Source: Saprospiraceae bacterium | GTDB lineage: Bacteria; Bacteroidota; Bacteroidia; Chitinophagales; Saprospiraceae | Assembly (NCBI GenBank): GCA_965249765.1 | Contig: CBDFMR010000005.1 | Span: forward strand, 1,506,782-1,570,781 | Length of the DNA: 64,000 nt | Reading direction: 5' to 3' | In this document: positions 17,275-26,700 of the stretch, piece after piece | How positions within the stretch are numbered: position 1 is the first letter of the stretch | How the letters are laid out: the number at the start of each line of letters is the position of its first letter | Made by a program: the position numbers and the translations under genes | The notes under the pieces: model-generated | What the model was told of the DNA's origin: nothing | Databases searched by the model: none | What the model saw: the letters and a program-made list of their open reading frames with translations, nothing else

Positions 17275-17922
17275 TAACGTCTCATGTACATCCGTCTGTA
17301 CACTGTTTATAATTCCAAGTTACTAATAAAGTCGGGACTAATTTAGTGAGCATTATTCAGAAGTTAATGGCGCTTGCTGGTGTATGACGTGATGTACGGT
17401 GTTATCCAACGCCTACCATCAAAGAGGATGAGAATGAAAAGAGGGCGATTGCTCGGGAGACATATCATTCCCCAAATGCTAAGACCCGAATGCTTACCTC
17501 CACAGGAGGGAAAGTAAGGATATCCTGAATTTTCACAAGCCCTCTCAATTTTACCAATGACCTATGAGAGGATGAATAGTTTACGCGAAGAAAAGAGGGC
17601 GATTGCCAGATGCTTCCACAATTTCATGCGCAATTTTCGAAGCCCTTTCGCCTTACTTCTGACAGATCGAAATCACGTAATTTCAAATCTGTCATGAATG
17701 ATCCTTGAAATAGTTAGAACTGATTATTCTCTTACCCCACGAGAATCTGAGGAATGCTAATTCTTAAATTTTACCGTCTCAGGCTATTCTAAAAAGTCAG
17801 TCAGAAGAAAGGGGAGTGGAAGGAGGAAGTCTGTTTTGCCGAGCCCTCAACCAGTTTCGTTTTCAATAACAGGAGCAAAATTCTAAACGGATACCGAACT
17901 CTTTCTTGGGTGGTGGATAACG
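17275..17922. repeat. 648-bp ORF-free repeat, copy 1 (candidate structured ncRNA or non-autonomous mobile element)
   Basis: Identical by eye to 19296-19943 at constant offset 2021 in direct orientation. No ORF of 60 aa or more on either strand. Internal stem-loops, e.g. cttac-CCTCC-aca-GGAGG-gaaa-gtaag at 17493-17518; gaaaagagggcgattgc occurs twice. Confidence 0.7.
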
Positions 17923-18000
17923 GTCAATGATACCCGTTCGTACTGACGGTAGGAAGTATGACGTGGTATCTAATGTTATCATCCTTTTTAAATAGATATT

Positions 18001-18237
18001 ATGATTAAATTTTACAGTAAAGAGAATTGTCCATCTTGTGAGTATTTTGGCAGTATTGGATTGAAAAGGTTTGATTCAAGTAGGTTTCAGATTGTTAAAT
18101 TTGAAGATGACACAGAATTGGTTGCTGTAATGAAGAGATTTGGTGTAACTTCTGTTCCGTTTATAACTTTGAACGATAATAGTGTAATCAAGGGTGATGA
18201 TGTTAAGGATTTTGTATTTAGGCTTAGAAGCATTTAA
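18001..18237 (+). CDS. glutaredoxin/NrdH-like small thioredoxin-fold protein
   Basis: 78 aa with a CPSC active-site motif near the N-terminus (MIKFYSKENCPSCEYF) and a glutaredoxin-like C-terminal (TSVPFITLNDNSVIKGDDVKDF). Confidence 0.6.
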   Translation: MIKFYSKENCPSCEYFGSIGLKRFDSSRFQIVKFEDDTELVAVMKRFGVTSVPFITLNDNSVIKGDDVKDFVFRLRSI

Positions 18238-18511
18238 ACCATTCAAAGTTTTTGCATACAAAAGAAACAGCATCTAATTCGTTTTCAAAGTTGGCTTCTA
18301 TGTCCGAATTTGAGAACGTTGTTGAGTTTTCAGTTGCGTGAACACGGAACTTGGTTTTAGCGGGATTCATTGATATATGGACATTGTATTCTCGTCCGTT
18401 TGAGGATGATGGTACATTGTTATGACAGGACATATCTCTACAAGTGTGACAACCAGACCCTTTAGAGAAGTCTAAACCAAGTTCTTTAAATGTTTTGTAT
18501 TGTTTTTGCAT
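18224..18511 (-). CDS. hypothetical Cys/His-containing small protein (95 aa)
   Basis: Complete ORF between the two 648-bp repeats. It overlaps the glutaredoxin gene's 3' end by 14 nt. No motif recognised. Confidence 0.3.
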   Translation of the reverse strand: MQKQYKTFKELGLDFSKGSGCHTCRDMSCHNNVPSSSNGREYNVHISMNPAKTKFRVHATENSTTFSNSDIEANFENELDAVSFVCKNFEWFKCF

Positions 18512-18616
18512 ATGTGGTTTATTTAGTTTGTTTTAATTGATGATAACGTTTAGTATATGGCTAGTAGGGCAGTAGAAAGCGATAAACTTTCAATCTTACA
18601 CTTAGCCAAATATAAA

Positions 18617-18682
18617 TATTTTGTTTTTAATTTATTCATCTTTAAAAGCCAAATTTTATATTTGGCGGTGTTTGTAAATAGC
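18617..18682. repeat. about 70-bp intergenic element (copy 2) with palindrome gccaaat-N7-atttggc
   Basis: tattttgtttttaatttattcatctttaaaagccaaattttatatttggcggtgtttgtaaata. This is homologous to 2075-2143. Confidence 0.6.
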
Positions 18683-18710
18683 ACTGAACTTTCGTAAACC
18701 TCCGAACGCC

Positions 18711-19286
18711 CTATTTGCTATATACAGTGTTACCTGCTGGCTTTTCATTCAACTTATTAAACGACTGCACAAGCTTCTCTAATTGACTTTTCGTTTTATC
18801 GTCCAAAATCTCTCCACTACTATTTATTTTGCCTTTAATTCCTTGTATTAGAAGCGTAGTTTCGTCTGTGAAATTTGTTTGGATGGTTTTCATTATTAGC
18901 TTCAATTCTTCATGTCCTTTTTCACCACTTGCAGAAGCTGTAATCAGTCCAATTGGTTTATCAGAAAATACTACAGTCGAAACACACCATTCAATTGCAT
19001 TTTTAAGTCCGCTTGGGATACTAAAAACATATTCAGGTGTACAGATTATAATTCCGTCCGCATTTTCAATTTGATTACGAAATTCAATTATTTTTTGAGG
19101 GACGTTATTATCTGTCAATTCCGTTTTAAAATGCGGTAATTCGGTCAAGTCATCAATTATATTTAAATCAAATTTGGATTTTCCGAGCTCGGCAATTCTA
19201 TTTAAAATAGAAAGATTGGAAGAGTTTTTACTTGCACTTCCATTAATTCCTAAAATATTTAATTTCTTATTCATTCTGTTTTTCAC
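18711..19286 (-). CDS. NAD(P)H-dependent FMN reductase-family oxidoreductase
   Basis: 191 aa; flavodoxin-like pattern LNILGINGSASKNSSN...ADGIIICTPEYVFSIPSGLKNAIEW. An alternative start at MNKKLN is possible. Confidence 0.65.
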   Translation of the reverse strand: MKNRMNKKLNILGINGSASKNSSNLSILNRIAELGKSKFDLNIIDDLTELPHFKTELTDNNVPQKIIEFRNQIENADGIIICTPEYVFSIPSGLKNAIEWCVSTVVFSDKPIGLITASASGEKGHEELKLIMKTIQTNFTDETTLLIQGIKGKINSSGEILDDKTKSQLEKLVQSFNKLNEKPAGNTVYSK

Positions 19287-19295
19287 GCTTGCAGG

Positions 19296-19943
19296 TAACG
19301 TCTCATGTACATCCGTCTGTACACTGTTTATAATTCCAAGTTACTAATAAAGTCGGGACTAATTTAGTGAGCATTATTCAGAAGTTAATGGCGCTTGCTG
19401 GTGTATGACGTGATGTACGGTGTTATCCAACGCCTACCATCAAAGAGGATGAGAATGAAAAGAGGGCGATTGCTCGGGAGACATATCATTCCCCAAATGC
19501 TAAGACCCGAATGCTTACCTCCACAGGAGGGAAAGTAAGGATATCCTGAATTTTCACAAGCCCTCTCAATTTTACCAATGACCTATGAGAGGATGAATAG
19601 TTTACGCGAAGAAAAGAGGGCGATTGCCAGATGCTTCCACAATTTCATGCGCAATTTTCGAAGCCCTTTCGCCTTACTTCTGACAGATCGAAATCACGTA
19701 ATTTCAAATCTGTCATGAATGATCCTTGAAATAGTTAGAACTGATTATTCTCTTACCCCACGAGAATCTGAGGAATGCTAATTCTTAAATTTTACCGTCT
19801 CAGGCTATTCTAAAAAGTCAGTCAGAAGAAAGGGGAGTGGAAGGAGGAAGTCTGTTTTGCCGAGCCCTCAACCAGTTTCGTTTTCAATAACAGGAGCAAA
19901 ATTCTAAACGGATACCGAACTCTTTCTTGGGTGGTGGATAACG
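19296..19943. repeat. 648-bp ORF-free repeat, copy 2
   Basis: Same sequence as 17275-17922. It begins 9 nt from the FMN reductase start codon, as copy 1 begins 21 nt from the TOPRIM gene start. Both copies are bounded by TAACG. Confidence 0.7.
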
Positions 19944-20431
19944 TAAGTGTATATTACGTTGCCGACGAATGGAGGCAATGAAAATATACACCATGTTGAA
20001 TTTAGTTCTTTTCTTTTTCTCTTTATAATATCTCTTTTAGGATATTAATGGAAAGATATGAAAAACGTAGTTAAAAGTTAGAAAGATTCTATTTTTTTAG
20101 AAGTCTGTTCCAATTGAATATACACCTGTGTATGTACTGCTGGAACGCTAAAAAAAGGAACCTCCGGCAAAAAAGATAGGCCATTTCTAAACTATTTTAA
20201 ATCTCAATTGTTTACAAGCTGTTGTTTGCCAAAACAACTCAGGTTGTCCAGCTGGCTTTACTTAAAGTTGCTTTAATTCAGCCAACCGACGACCTCAAAT
20301 TATTGTTTAATTAGCTTGTAAACATTTCTATTTAAATCCCTTCTGCCTGATCTCTTTTTGTCTTTCTCTTTTAATTAAAATCAACATTCGAATATCAACA
20401 ACCTCCTATAATGGAGTTGTTGCTATTTCTA

Positions 20432-21544
20432 TTATGTATGCGTGTCTAATTTAGCATTTTCTATAATTTTATCCAACGGACTCATGACTGTTTTGTTATT
20501 AATCGAGATGATGTGTGTATAAATTTCAGTAGTCTTTGAAGAGCTATGACCTAGCAGGGATTGTATATATCTTAAGTTGACACCTTGCTGTAACAGATGT
20601 GTAGCAAAACTATGTCTCAAAGTGTGCACCGTGGCCCAGGCATTTACCCTGGCTGCTGATACTGCTCGCCTAAATATGACATTTACACTGGTTGCACTGT
20701 ACTTTTCTCCATCCTGCCCTTCAAATAACCAATATGCAGGCTTGTACGCCTTATAATAAGTACGTAATAGTGTGAGTAGAGTATGTGATAAGATTGTTTT
20801 TCGATCTTTCTTGCCTTTGGACGCCTTTATGAATATATATCCATCGTCAGAGTGAATATCTTCAATCCTTAGATTCAATAATTCGCTCTTCCGCAATCCT
20901 GCGCTATATATGGTGTACAATATGGCTTTGTGTTTTATATTTTTGGGGATATTGATTATTTTTAGAATGTCCTCTGCACTTAGTACATTGGGTAGTTCTT
21001 TAGATTTTTTAGGACGCTGAAGATCATAATAGGTCCGGGGCAGACCCAGCACATGTTCATAGAAAAATTTAATCGCGTTGATAATACTATTTTGTCGGCT
21101 GTCTGATATTGCATACTTCGACTTTAACCTATATAAATACTGTTCTATTTGATCTTTTGTGATGGAAGATAAATCATGATTATCGAAATGGACTAAATAG
21201 GCAATGAAGGCCTCTCTATAGGTCCTAAGTGTATTATTACTGTAGCCTTTAAGAATTATTTTCTGCTGTAGTGCATTCAGGGCTTCGATGGCTTTGGGAG
21301 TGAGTTCCTTAAATGGTAGAGCTGTAGGCTTTTCCATCTTTTTTATCTCATACTGCCCTCCAAAAACATCTTTGATTCTGGCCAATCCTTCAGATGTATT
21401 TACTATGCTCCATAGTTTTTGATGATAGTGAAAAAAGGTGCCATTCAGACTCTTTATCTGCTCACGCCAAGCTTTGGCAGCATAAGGGACGTACAGTTTT
21501 ATTCGCTTAGCATTGCGATGTGGTTCATATATTATAGCTTTCAT
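20432..21544 (-). CDS. tyrosine site-specific recombinase / phage-type integrase
   Basis: 370 aa. C-terminal catalytic region HTLRHSFATHLLQQGVNLRYIQSLLGHSSSKTTEIYTH (R..HxxR..Y). N-terminal SAM-like domain. Confidence 0.85.
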   Translation of the reverse strand: MKAIIYEPHRNAKRIKLYVPYAAKAWREQIKSLNGTFFHYHQKLWSIVNTSEGLARIKDVFGGQYEIKKMEKPTALPFKELTPKAIEALNALQQKIILKGYSNNTLRTYREAFIAYLVHFDNHDLSSITKDQIEQYLYRLKSKYAISDSRQNSIINAIKFFYEHVLGLPRTYYDLQRPKKSKELPNVLSAEDILKIINIPKNIKHKAILYTIYSAGLRKSELLNLRIEDIHSDDGYIFIKASKGKKDRKTILSHTLLTLLRTYYKAYKPAYWLFEGQDGEKYSATSVNVIFRRAVSAARVNAWATVHTLRHSFATHLLQQGVNLRYIQSLLGHSSSKTTEIYTHIISINNKTVMSPLDKIIENAKLDTHT

Positions 21545-21603
21545 ATATCAATTATAGTCTATAATAGCCTATGTATCAACCTTTTAATGAAATTAGTCGC
21601 TTA

Positions 21604-21636
21604 CATAACGGTTATTAGCGGGAATTAACCGTTATG
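21604..21636. promoter_or_regulatory. perfect 11-bp inverted repeat (cataacggtta-N11-taaccgttatg) in the divergent integrase/zinc-ribbon intergenic region; candidate operator
   Basis: Read directly from sequence. The arms extend imperfectly to 13 bp. Confidence 0.45.
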
Positions 21637-21701
21637 TGACGATATACAAGGATTATCAATGCAATTGAAGATTTTATATGATGCAATAAATAATAGAAAA
21701 T

Positions 21702-22055
21702 ATGAATAAGAAATGCCCTATATGCCGAAGTAAGGTTACTGGCAGATCCGATAAACGATTTTGTTGCATTGCCTGTAAAAATAACTATTATATCAGATTG
21801 AAAAAAAATACAACATCAGCTACAGAGCCAATAGATAAAATACTCCATCGCAACCGGTCCATATTACTCGAGACCATGGGACGAAGCAAAACCAACAAGA
21901 AAATATCCAGATTGTTATTGGATAATAAAAAATTTAATTTCGATTACGTTACAGGTTTTCATATTAACACCAGAAACAAAACCATTCATCATGTGTATGA
22001 TTTTTCATGGGCCATATTTTCAGATCAGGAAGTATTGATTATTTGTAATGATTGA
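21702..22055 (+). CDS. hypothetical zinc-ribbon protein (117 aa), divergent from the integrase
   Basis: CPIC-x13-CIAC motif at the N-terminus; basic. Confidence 0.4.
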   Translation: MNKKCPICRSKVTGRSDKRFCCIACKNNYYIRLKKNTTSATEPIDKILHRNRSILLETMGRSKTNKKISRLLLDNKKFNFDYVTGFHINTRNKTIHHVYDFSWAIFSDQEVLIICND

Positions 22056-22308
22056 CTCAAGTCAATGTATATAATACCAACCTAAGTTAGCAGTATATTA
22101 AAAAATTGGTAACTACTCAGGTATCAAAGATAGTGGGTGTAATTCAGTTTGTCGTATTAGGCCGCTATTTTACCCAGATACTCAGCAATCAAATTCCAAT
22201 GTCCACTTTTATTTAATATCCTCAAATTGATCATGTTTTGAAGGCCTTTTTTTGACCATCGCTGACACCAGGCTGTTTAAGCCGTTTATGCAATACATTC
22301 CTATGAGA

Positions 22309-23448
22309 TTAGGGTCCGCTATCCGCGTCAAAGATTTCTACTATTTCTCCAGTGGCATCTGTGATAAAAAATATCTGTGCATAGTCAGGATCCGTTTGAT
22401 AACCACTTCCCATCCAATTGACTAACTGACCTGGACAAGCTGGAACTGGATTTGCAGTAATAATTCCTGGGTCAGCCTGACAGCAAAACTCCACAACCAC
22501 GTTTACAGTATCTTATAGCATACAACCAGATGGTCCGGTTAGAGTAACTATGTACTCCATATCTGTGAGTGGACAGACCTCGATAGTCTACCACTTTCTC
22601 CTGTGCTCCAGTCGTACATACGGCATCCAGAGCCTGCATCAAGAGCCGTACATTCGTCTTTACATATTGTGATAGATTCGTCAGGAAGTAGAGAACCTAC
22701 ACCGATGATATTTATGGGAAATTCTAAAAGAAAGACACAACCATCTGAATTGTACCATCCGCCTGTCTCACCATCTTCTGTAAGGTAAAATGAAATAGAT
22801 TCGGCGATGTCACCCGTGGAAAGAGAGCAATAAGTCAGATCAAACCCAAATTTGGGACAAGTGGTCGTACAATTAATTCCCCAGTTATCTGAAGGATCAC
22901 CATCAACAAAAAATCCAGATGTCGCCTCACAACTTGTAAATACAGAAGAGCAAAATGTGCCTATGAAACTGGATATGTTTCCGCTATTATCACAGCCTGT
23001 GCCAGGAGGGTCCCAATAATATCCTGCTCCATAAGTTGTTCCAGTACAGATTCTTGTTAGTGAATTTAGGAAAATCCAGCCTGGATTTGGAGGAATAAGA
23101 ACTCCCTGCGCTGCGATCCACCCACCTGAAGAGGAAAACGAAACTTCATGAATCCAATTATTTTGGGTGCCAGGATTCCAATCAAAATCTATTTCGACAG
23201 ATAGTACAAGCTCACCACAATCTGTTGCTGTGACTTGCAAGGCATTTGATGCAGTACCTGTTTTGCCCTGCTTGGACATTACTACTTATGTTAGCTGAAC
23301 CAACATCAATTCTTCCTCTGGAAATTCCAGTGATGGTGGCAGAAATACTGCATACCTCACATGGACCATTACCACATTGCCCTAATAGGTATATGGTCGT
23401 AAATAGAAGTAAAACAATAATGGTTGTTAATCTCTTCAAAATCGGCAT
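22309..23448 (-). pseudogene. frameshifted gene for a secreted Cys/Gly-rich protein (three overlapping ORF fragments in frames 0/2/0)
   Basis: ORFs 23212..23448 (signal peptide MPILKRLTTIIVLLLFTTIYLLGQC), 22548..23279 and 22309..22500 are contiguous on the same strand in shifted frames. An in-frame TAA lies just upstream of the second fragment's ATG. Confidence 0.4.
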
Positions 23449-23633
23449 GCTCCGCTGAAAATAAGCAACTTCAACATTATATAATAAGCTGAATGTTGAA
23501 TTACCTGTTTATGTCAAAACAGATGATTAACGAGTAGTGACATTGAGTATGAATAATTTTAGTTATTCATTTACTCCCAATGAGAATCTACATACCCCTT
23601 GCCATTGACAAGAATAACGATAAGATTAAATAT

Positions 23634-24650
23634 TTAATCAAACAACCCCTCATACTCTGAACTAGAACCAGATGATTTCTTGATAGCATCAGGATCCTTG
23701 AGTTCAAGCAAATCTTCGTCAAAGGACTCTTTACCACCCAATAATAAAAGAGTCGATTTCTTCTCGTATTCCTCTAACATCTTGAGACCCTTATCTTCAA
23801 AAACACCTTGTTGAAGATCGATGCTATCCATGAATTCTGATGACATCTCCATGAACTGTTCCATCTCGCCTACTTTAGCAGCGACATCATCAGCAATGTT
23901 TTCCATGGCGGCATCAAACATGGCTCTTTTGTCAGGATCACCTTTGATAATACTCATTGCTGAGCGCATAGCAGAATGACTTGCTCTGATGGCTTTTCTT
24001 TCTTGCTCTTTGACTTTTACTTGATCCTTGGTGTCTTCAAGCAGTATCTCAGAATTGGAATGCATCTTGGACAATATCTTATACAAAACAGAAATTTTTC
24101 CGTGTAAGGCCGAATACTTCGCATTGGTGTCTTTTAGTCTTGCGGCCTTGCGACTGGAGAGCAGCATATGTTTTTGATTTCCCTGTTCCTTGGCTTTCCT
24201 GGCGATCAAGATGTGCTCCTCTATCTGCTTATTGTTTTCAGTAACCATCGTTTTGAGTTTTCTCGCCTGCCCTTTAAGGTTGCCGATTTGCTTACTCATT
24301 TTACGTAGGTTGTCTTCGAGATCGCTTATATAATTTTTTAAGATACCTATAGGGTTGATGGTAACAAATACCCCAGTTACCCATCTCATAAAACTCTTGT
24401 ACATGTAGCCTACAAGGTTTCTCATCTTTGGGTCCAATACCATATATATTATAGCTCCCAATACCAATAACGTCACAACGAGGCCCAATGTCTGTCCTAC
24501 GAATGCAGTAATCCAGGCTATATTAGAAAACAACAAGTACCCCAATCCTCCTACTACGGCTGTGAGAAATAAAGCACCAGTCGTTCCTTCAGGTCTTTTC
24601 CAAAATGACTTAGGCTTGGTCGTTCCATCGAGAGATGATAGCTCACTCAT
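23634..24650 (-). CDS. membrane-anchored coiled-coil protein (PspA/IM30- or TelA-like features)
   Basis: 338 aa: two N-terminal hydrophobic helices, then a long heptad-rich region (AMFDAAMENIADDVAAKVGEMEQFMEM). Confidence 0.4.
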   Translation of the reverse strand: MSELSSLDGTTKPKSFWKRPEGTTGALFLTAVVGGLGYLLFSNIAWITAFVGQTLGLVVTLLVLGAIIYMVLDPKMRNLVGYMYKSFMRWVTGVFVTINPIGILKNYISDLEDNLRKMSKQIGNLKGQARKLKTMVTENNKQIEEHILIARKAKEQGNQKHMLLSSRKAARLKDTNAKYSALHGKISVLYKILSKMHSNSEILLEDTKDQVKVKEQERKAIRASHSAMRSAMSIIKGDPDKRAMFDAAMENIADDVAAKVGEMEQFMEMSSEFMDSIDLQQGVFEDKGLKMLEEYEKKSTLLLLGGKESFDEDLLELKDPDAIKKSSGSSSEYEGLFD

Positions 24651-24678
24651 ATTTTAATTTTTATTATTTGAATGTAAT

Positions 24679-25260
24679 TTACAAATACTGTTTCACCATT
24701 TCTATATCTTTTTGTAAAGAATCAAAGACATGATCAAAGGATTGGTTGAATGTATTCTTGGTATACTCTATCTTTTCCTTGTCTTTGGCAATTTGCAAAT
24801 CAAGATTTTCTTTTTTATCAACTAATGTTTTTATCTGTTGTTTCAAGTCTTCAATCTTTTGACGATTGGATTTTATAGCATCATCAATTGCTCTATGCTT
24901 CTCTTCTTTATTCTCAACTTTTGTAGCTACTTGGTTGGCTAAGGCTTCAGCAAATTCTCGGCGTTCTTTTGTTAGGATATTTTCATAATGCTTGGCAGTG
25001 CTGAGCAATTTTGGCTTGGTTAGACCGATGGTAGTTGCCGTCATGAAAGCCGACTTTATCGCCTGTTCATCGTCCATGTTCATCTCCTTGAGATTGGCCA
25101 CGGACTGCTTGAATTTTAAGTAATCAAATCCATCTAGAGCATTGGTTTTAAGCGCTTTTAGCAAAGCTGATGCAAATTTCTTTTCTTCCAGTTGGTTAGT
25201 CTCAAAAAGTTGATGAAGGTCGATAGTCATGATCTGTTTATTTTTAAATATTTTGGTCAA
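24679..25260 (-). CDS. hypothetical coiled-coil protein (193 aa)
   Basis: Complete ORF. K/E-rich heptads (IEDLKQQIKTLVDKKENLDLQIAKDKEKI). Confidence 0.4.
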   Translation of the reverse strand: MTKIFKNKQIMTIDLHQLFETNQLEEKKFASALLKALKTNALDGFDYLKFKQSVANLKEMNMDDEQAIKSAFMTATTIGLTKPKLLSTAKHYENILTKERREFAEALANQVATKVENKEEKHRAIDDAIKSNRQKIEDLKQQIKTLVDKKENLDLQIAKDKEKIEYTKNTFNQSFDHVFDSLQKDIEMVKQYL

Positions 25261-25371
25261 TCAGGGTCATATTGAATAAGATAAAAATGGCGATTTTAGT
25301 TTCTACTAATGTAGTTTTCTCGATTAAACTTCCCATAGCATAGATACATAAATCTACATTCTATAAAATTA

Positions 25372-26601
25372 CTAAGTATCCAATTCCAATGTTTCAATAG
25401 ATAGAATAGAATCACCGGCAATTCCCTTGATGGAAGCATGCATATCTATGGTGTTTTGTATTACGGAATCGATCTGTTTCTCTCTACGTTTCCATATACT
25501 ATGCATGGCTCGTTTTTCTTTGTCTAGTTCTTCTTTCATTTTTGAGAAGCCATCGATAATTGCTCCTACTTGCTGTTTAAATTCTTCACTGGAGACAAAA
25601 CTATAGAGGATCTCTTTTTTATCACCTTTGTTTTCCTGAGCCAGACTTACACTATGAGTTTTTATCAGAGTCTGCCGTAATAGAGAGACCATCGATGTCA
25701 TTTCTTGATACCCACAAATCCATATTCCATCCATAGAACCAAAAAGTGATATCTCTTTAGGTAAAACACTGGTCACAAGTACTGCGAGTTCTGCTCCTAC
25801 ATTGCGTTGATCCATCTTGAGTTTGTCGATCCATTCTTTTGAAAAAGCCTTTGTTCTCTTGCTTTCAAAAATGATCTTTCCGCACACCTGCTGCATTGCA
25901 TTGACAACTGTCTGCATAGAGTCAGCACCTCTTACACCTTTAGGTACTTCTTCCACTATGTCAAAAGGGAAAGCACTTCTCAGCATATCTTCTATGACTA
26001 ATTCCTGTATCTCTCCTTGAAGTTGCATGGATCCTTGGTCTTTTTTTCTTTTCAGTTCTTCAATGAGTTCACTTTGGTCCTGAAGCTGCTTGTCCTTTTC
26101 TTTTAGTTTCAATTCGACTTGCTCGGTGAGCCTTTTGGAGATGGCATCCTCTTTTTCTGTCAGGCGTTCACTTAGTTTTTTTTCGTATTTGAGCTCGAAG
26201 TCTTTCTCTACCTCAGCCATCTTATTTTTTATACGTTGTATTTCTAGTTCTTTTTCTTTTAACTCCAGAACCTGTTTTCTTTTTTCCTCCAGTTCTTTTT
26301 TCTGTGCATTGATGGTAACGTCATACTCATCTTTTACGGACCTACGCATATCTTCTTCTCTCTTTGCCATTGCTTCTTTAAGCTTGTCTGCAAACAATTG
26401 ATTTTCCCGTTTTTTCTTCTCTTCAAACTCTTCTTGCATCTTACTCAGCGAGGATTCTCGCTCTCTAAATTCGGATTGTAACTTAGAGCGCTCATCATTT
26501 AACTTTACTTTGAATTGTTCCTCTAGGTTTTTTGAGAGAACATCTTCTATATCAAAAGCATGGCTACAGTTGGGACAAGTTATATTGTGGATTTTAGACA
26601 T
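25372..26601 (-). CDS. DUF2130-like protein (N-terminal zinc ribbon plus extended coiled coil)
   Basis: 409 aa beginning MSKIHNITCPNCSHAFDIEDV, followed by a roughly 200-aa E/K-rich coiled coil and a globular C-terminus. Confidence 0.5.
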   Translation of the reverse strand: MSKIHNITCPNCSHAFDIEDVLSKNLEEQFKVKLNDERSKLQSEFRERESSLSKMQEEFEEKKKRENQLFADKLKEAMAKREEDMRRSVKDEYDVTINAQKKELEEKRKQVLELKEKELEIQRIKNKMAEVEKDFELKYEKKLSERLTEKEDAISKRLTEQVELKLKEKDKQLQDQSELIEELKRKKDQGSMQLQGEIQELVIEDMLRSAFPFDIVEEVPKGVRGADSMQTVVNAMQQVCGKIIFESKRTKAFSKEWIDKLKMDQRNVGAELAVLVTSVLPKEISLFGSMDGIWICGYQEMTSMVSLLRQTLIKTHSVSLAQENKGDKKEILYSFVSSEEFKQQVGAIIDGFSKMKEELDKEKRAMHSIWKRREKQIDSVIQNTIDMHASIKGIAGDSILSIETLELDT

Positions 26602-26700
26602 AGAGATGGTTTTATATTACAATTACAAATATCTGAATTATCAAGCGCTAATAAGAATTAATTAGCTGAGATCAAACATCGGTATCTTCTAGATTTCTTT

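Noticed and set aside
17275-17922. Group II intron, retron msr/msd or IS200/IS605 omega-RNA explanations for the 648-bp element
   Set aside because: No GUGYG 5' end or domain-V-like helix. No reverse transcriptase, TnpB/IscB or any ORF nearby. No terminal inverted repeats. It is therefore left as an unclassified structured/non-coding repeat.
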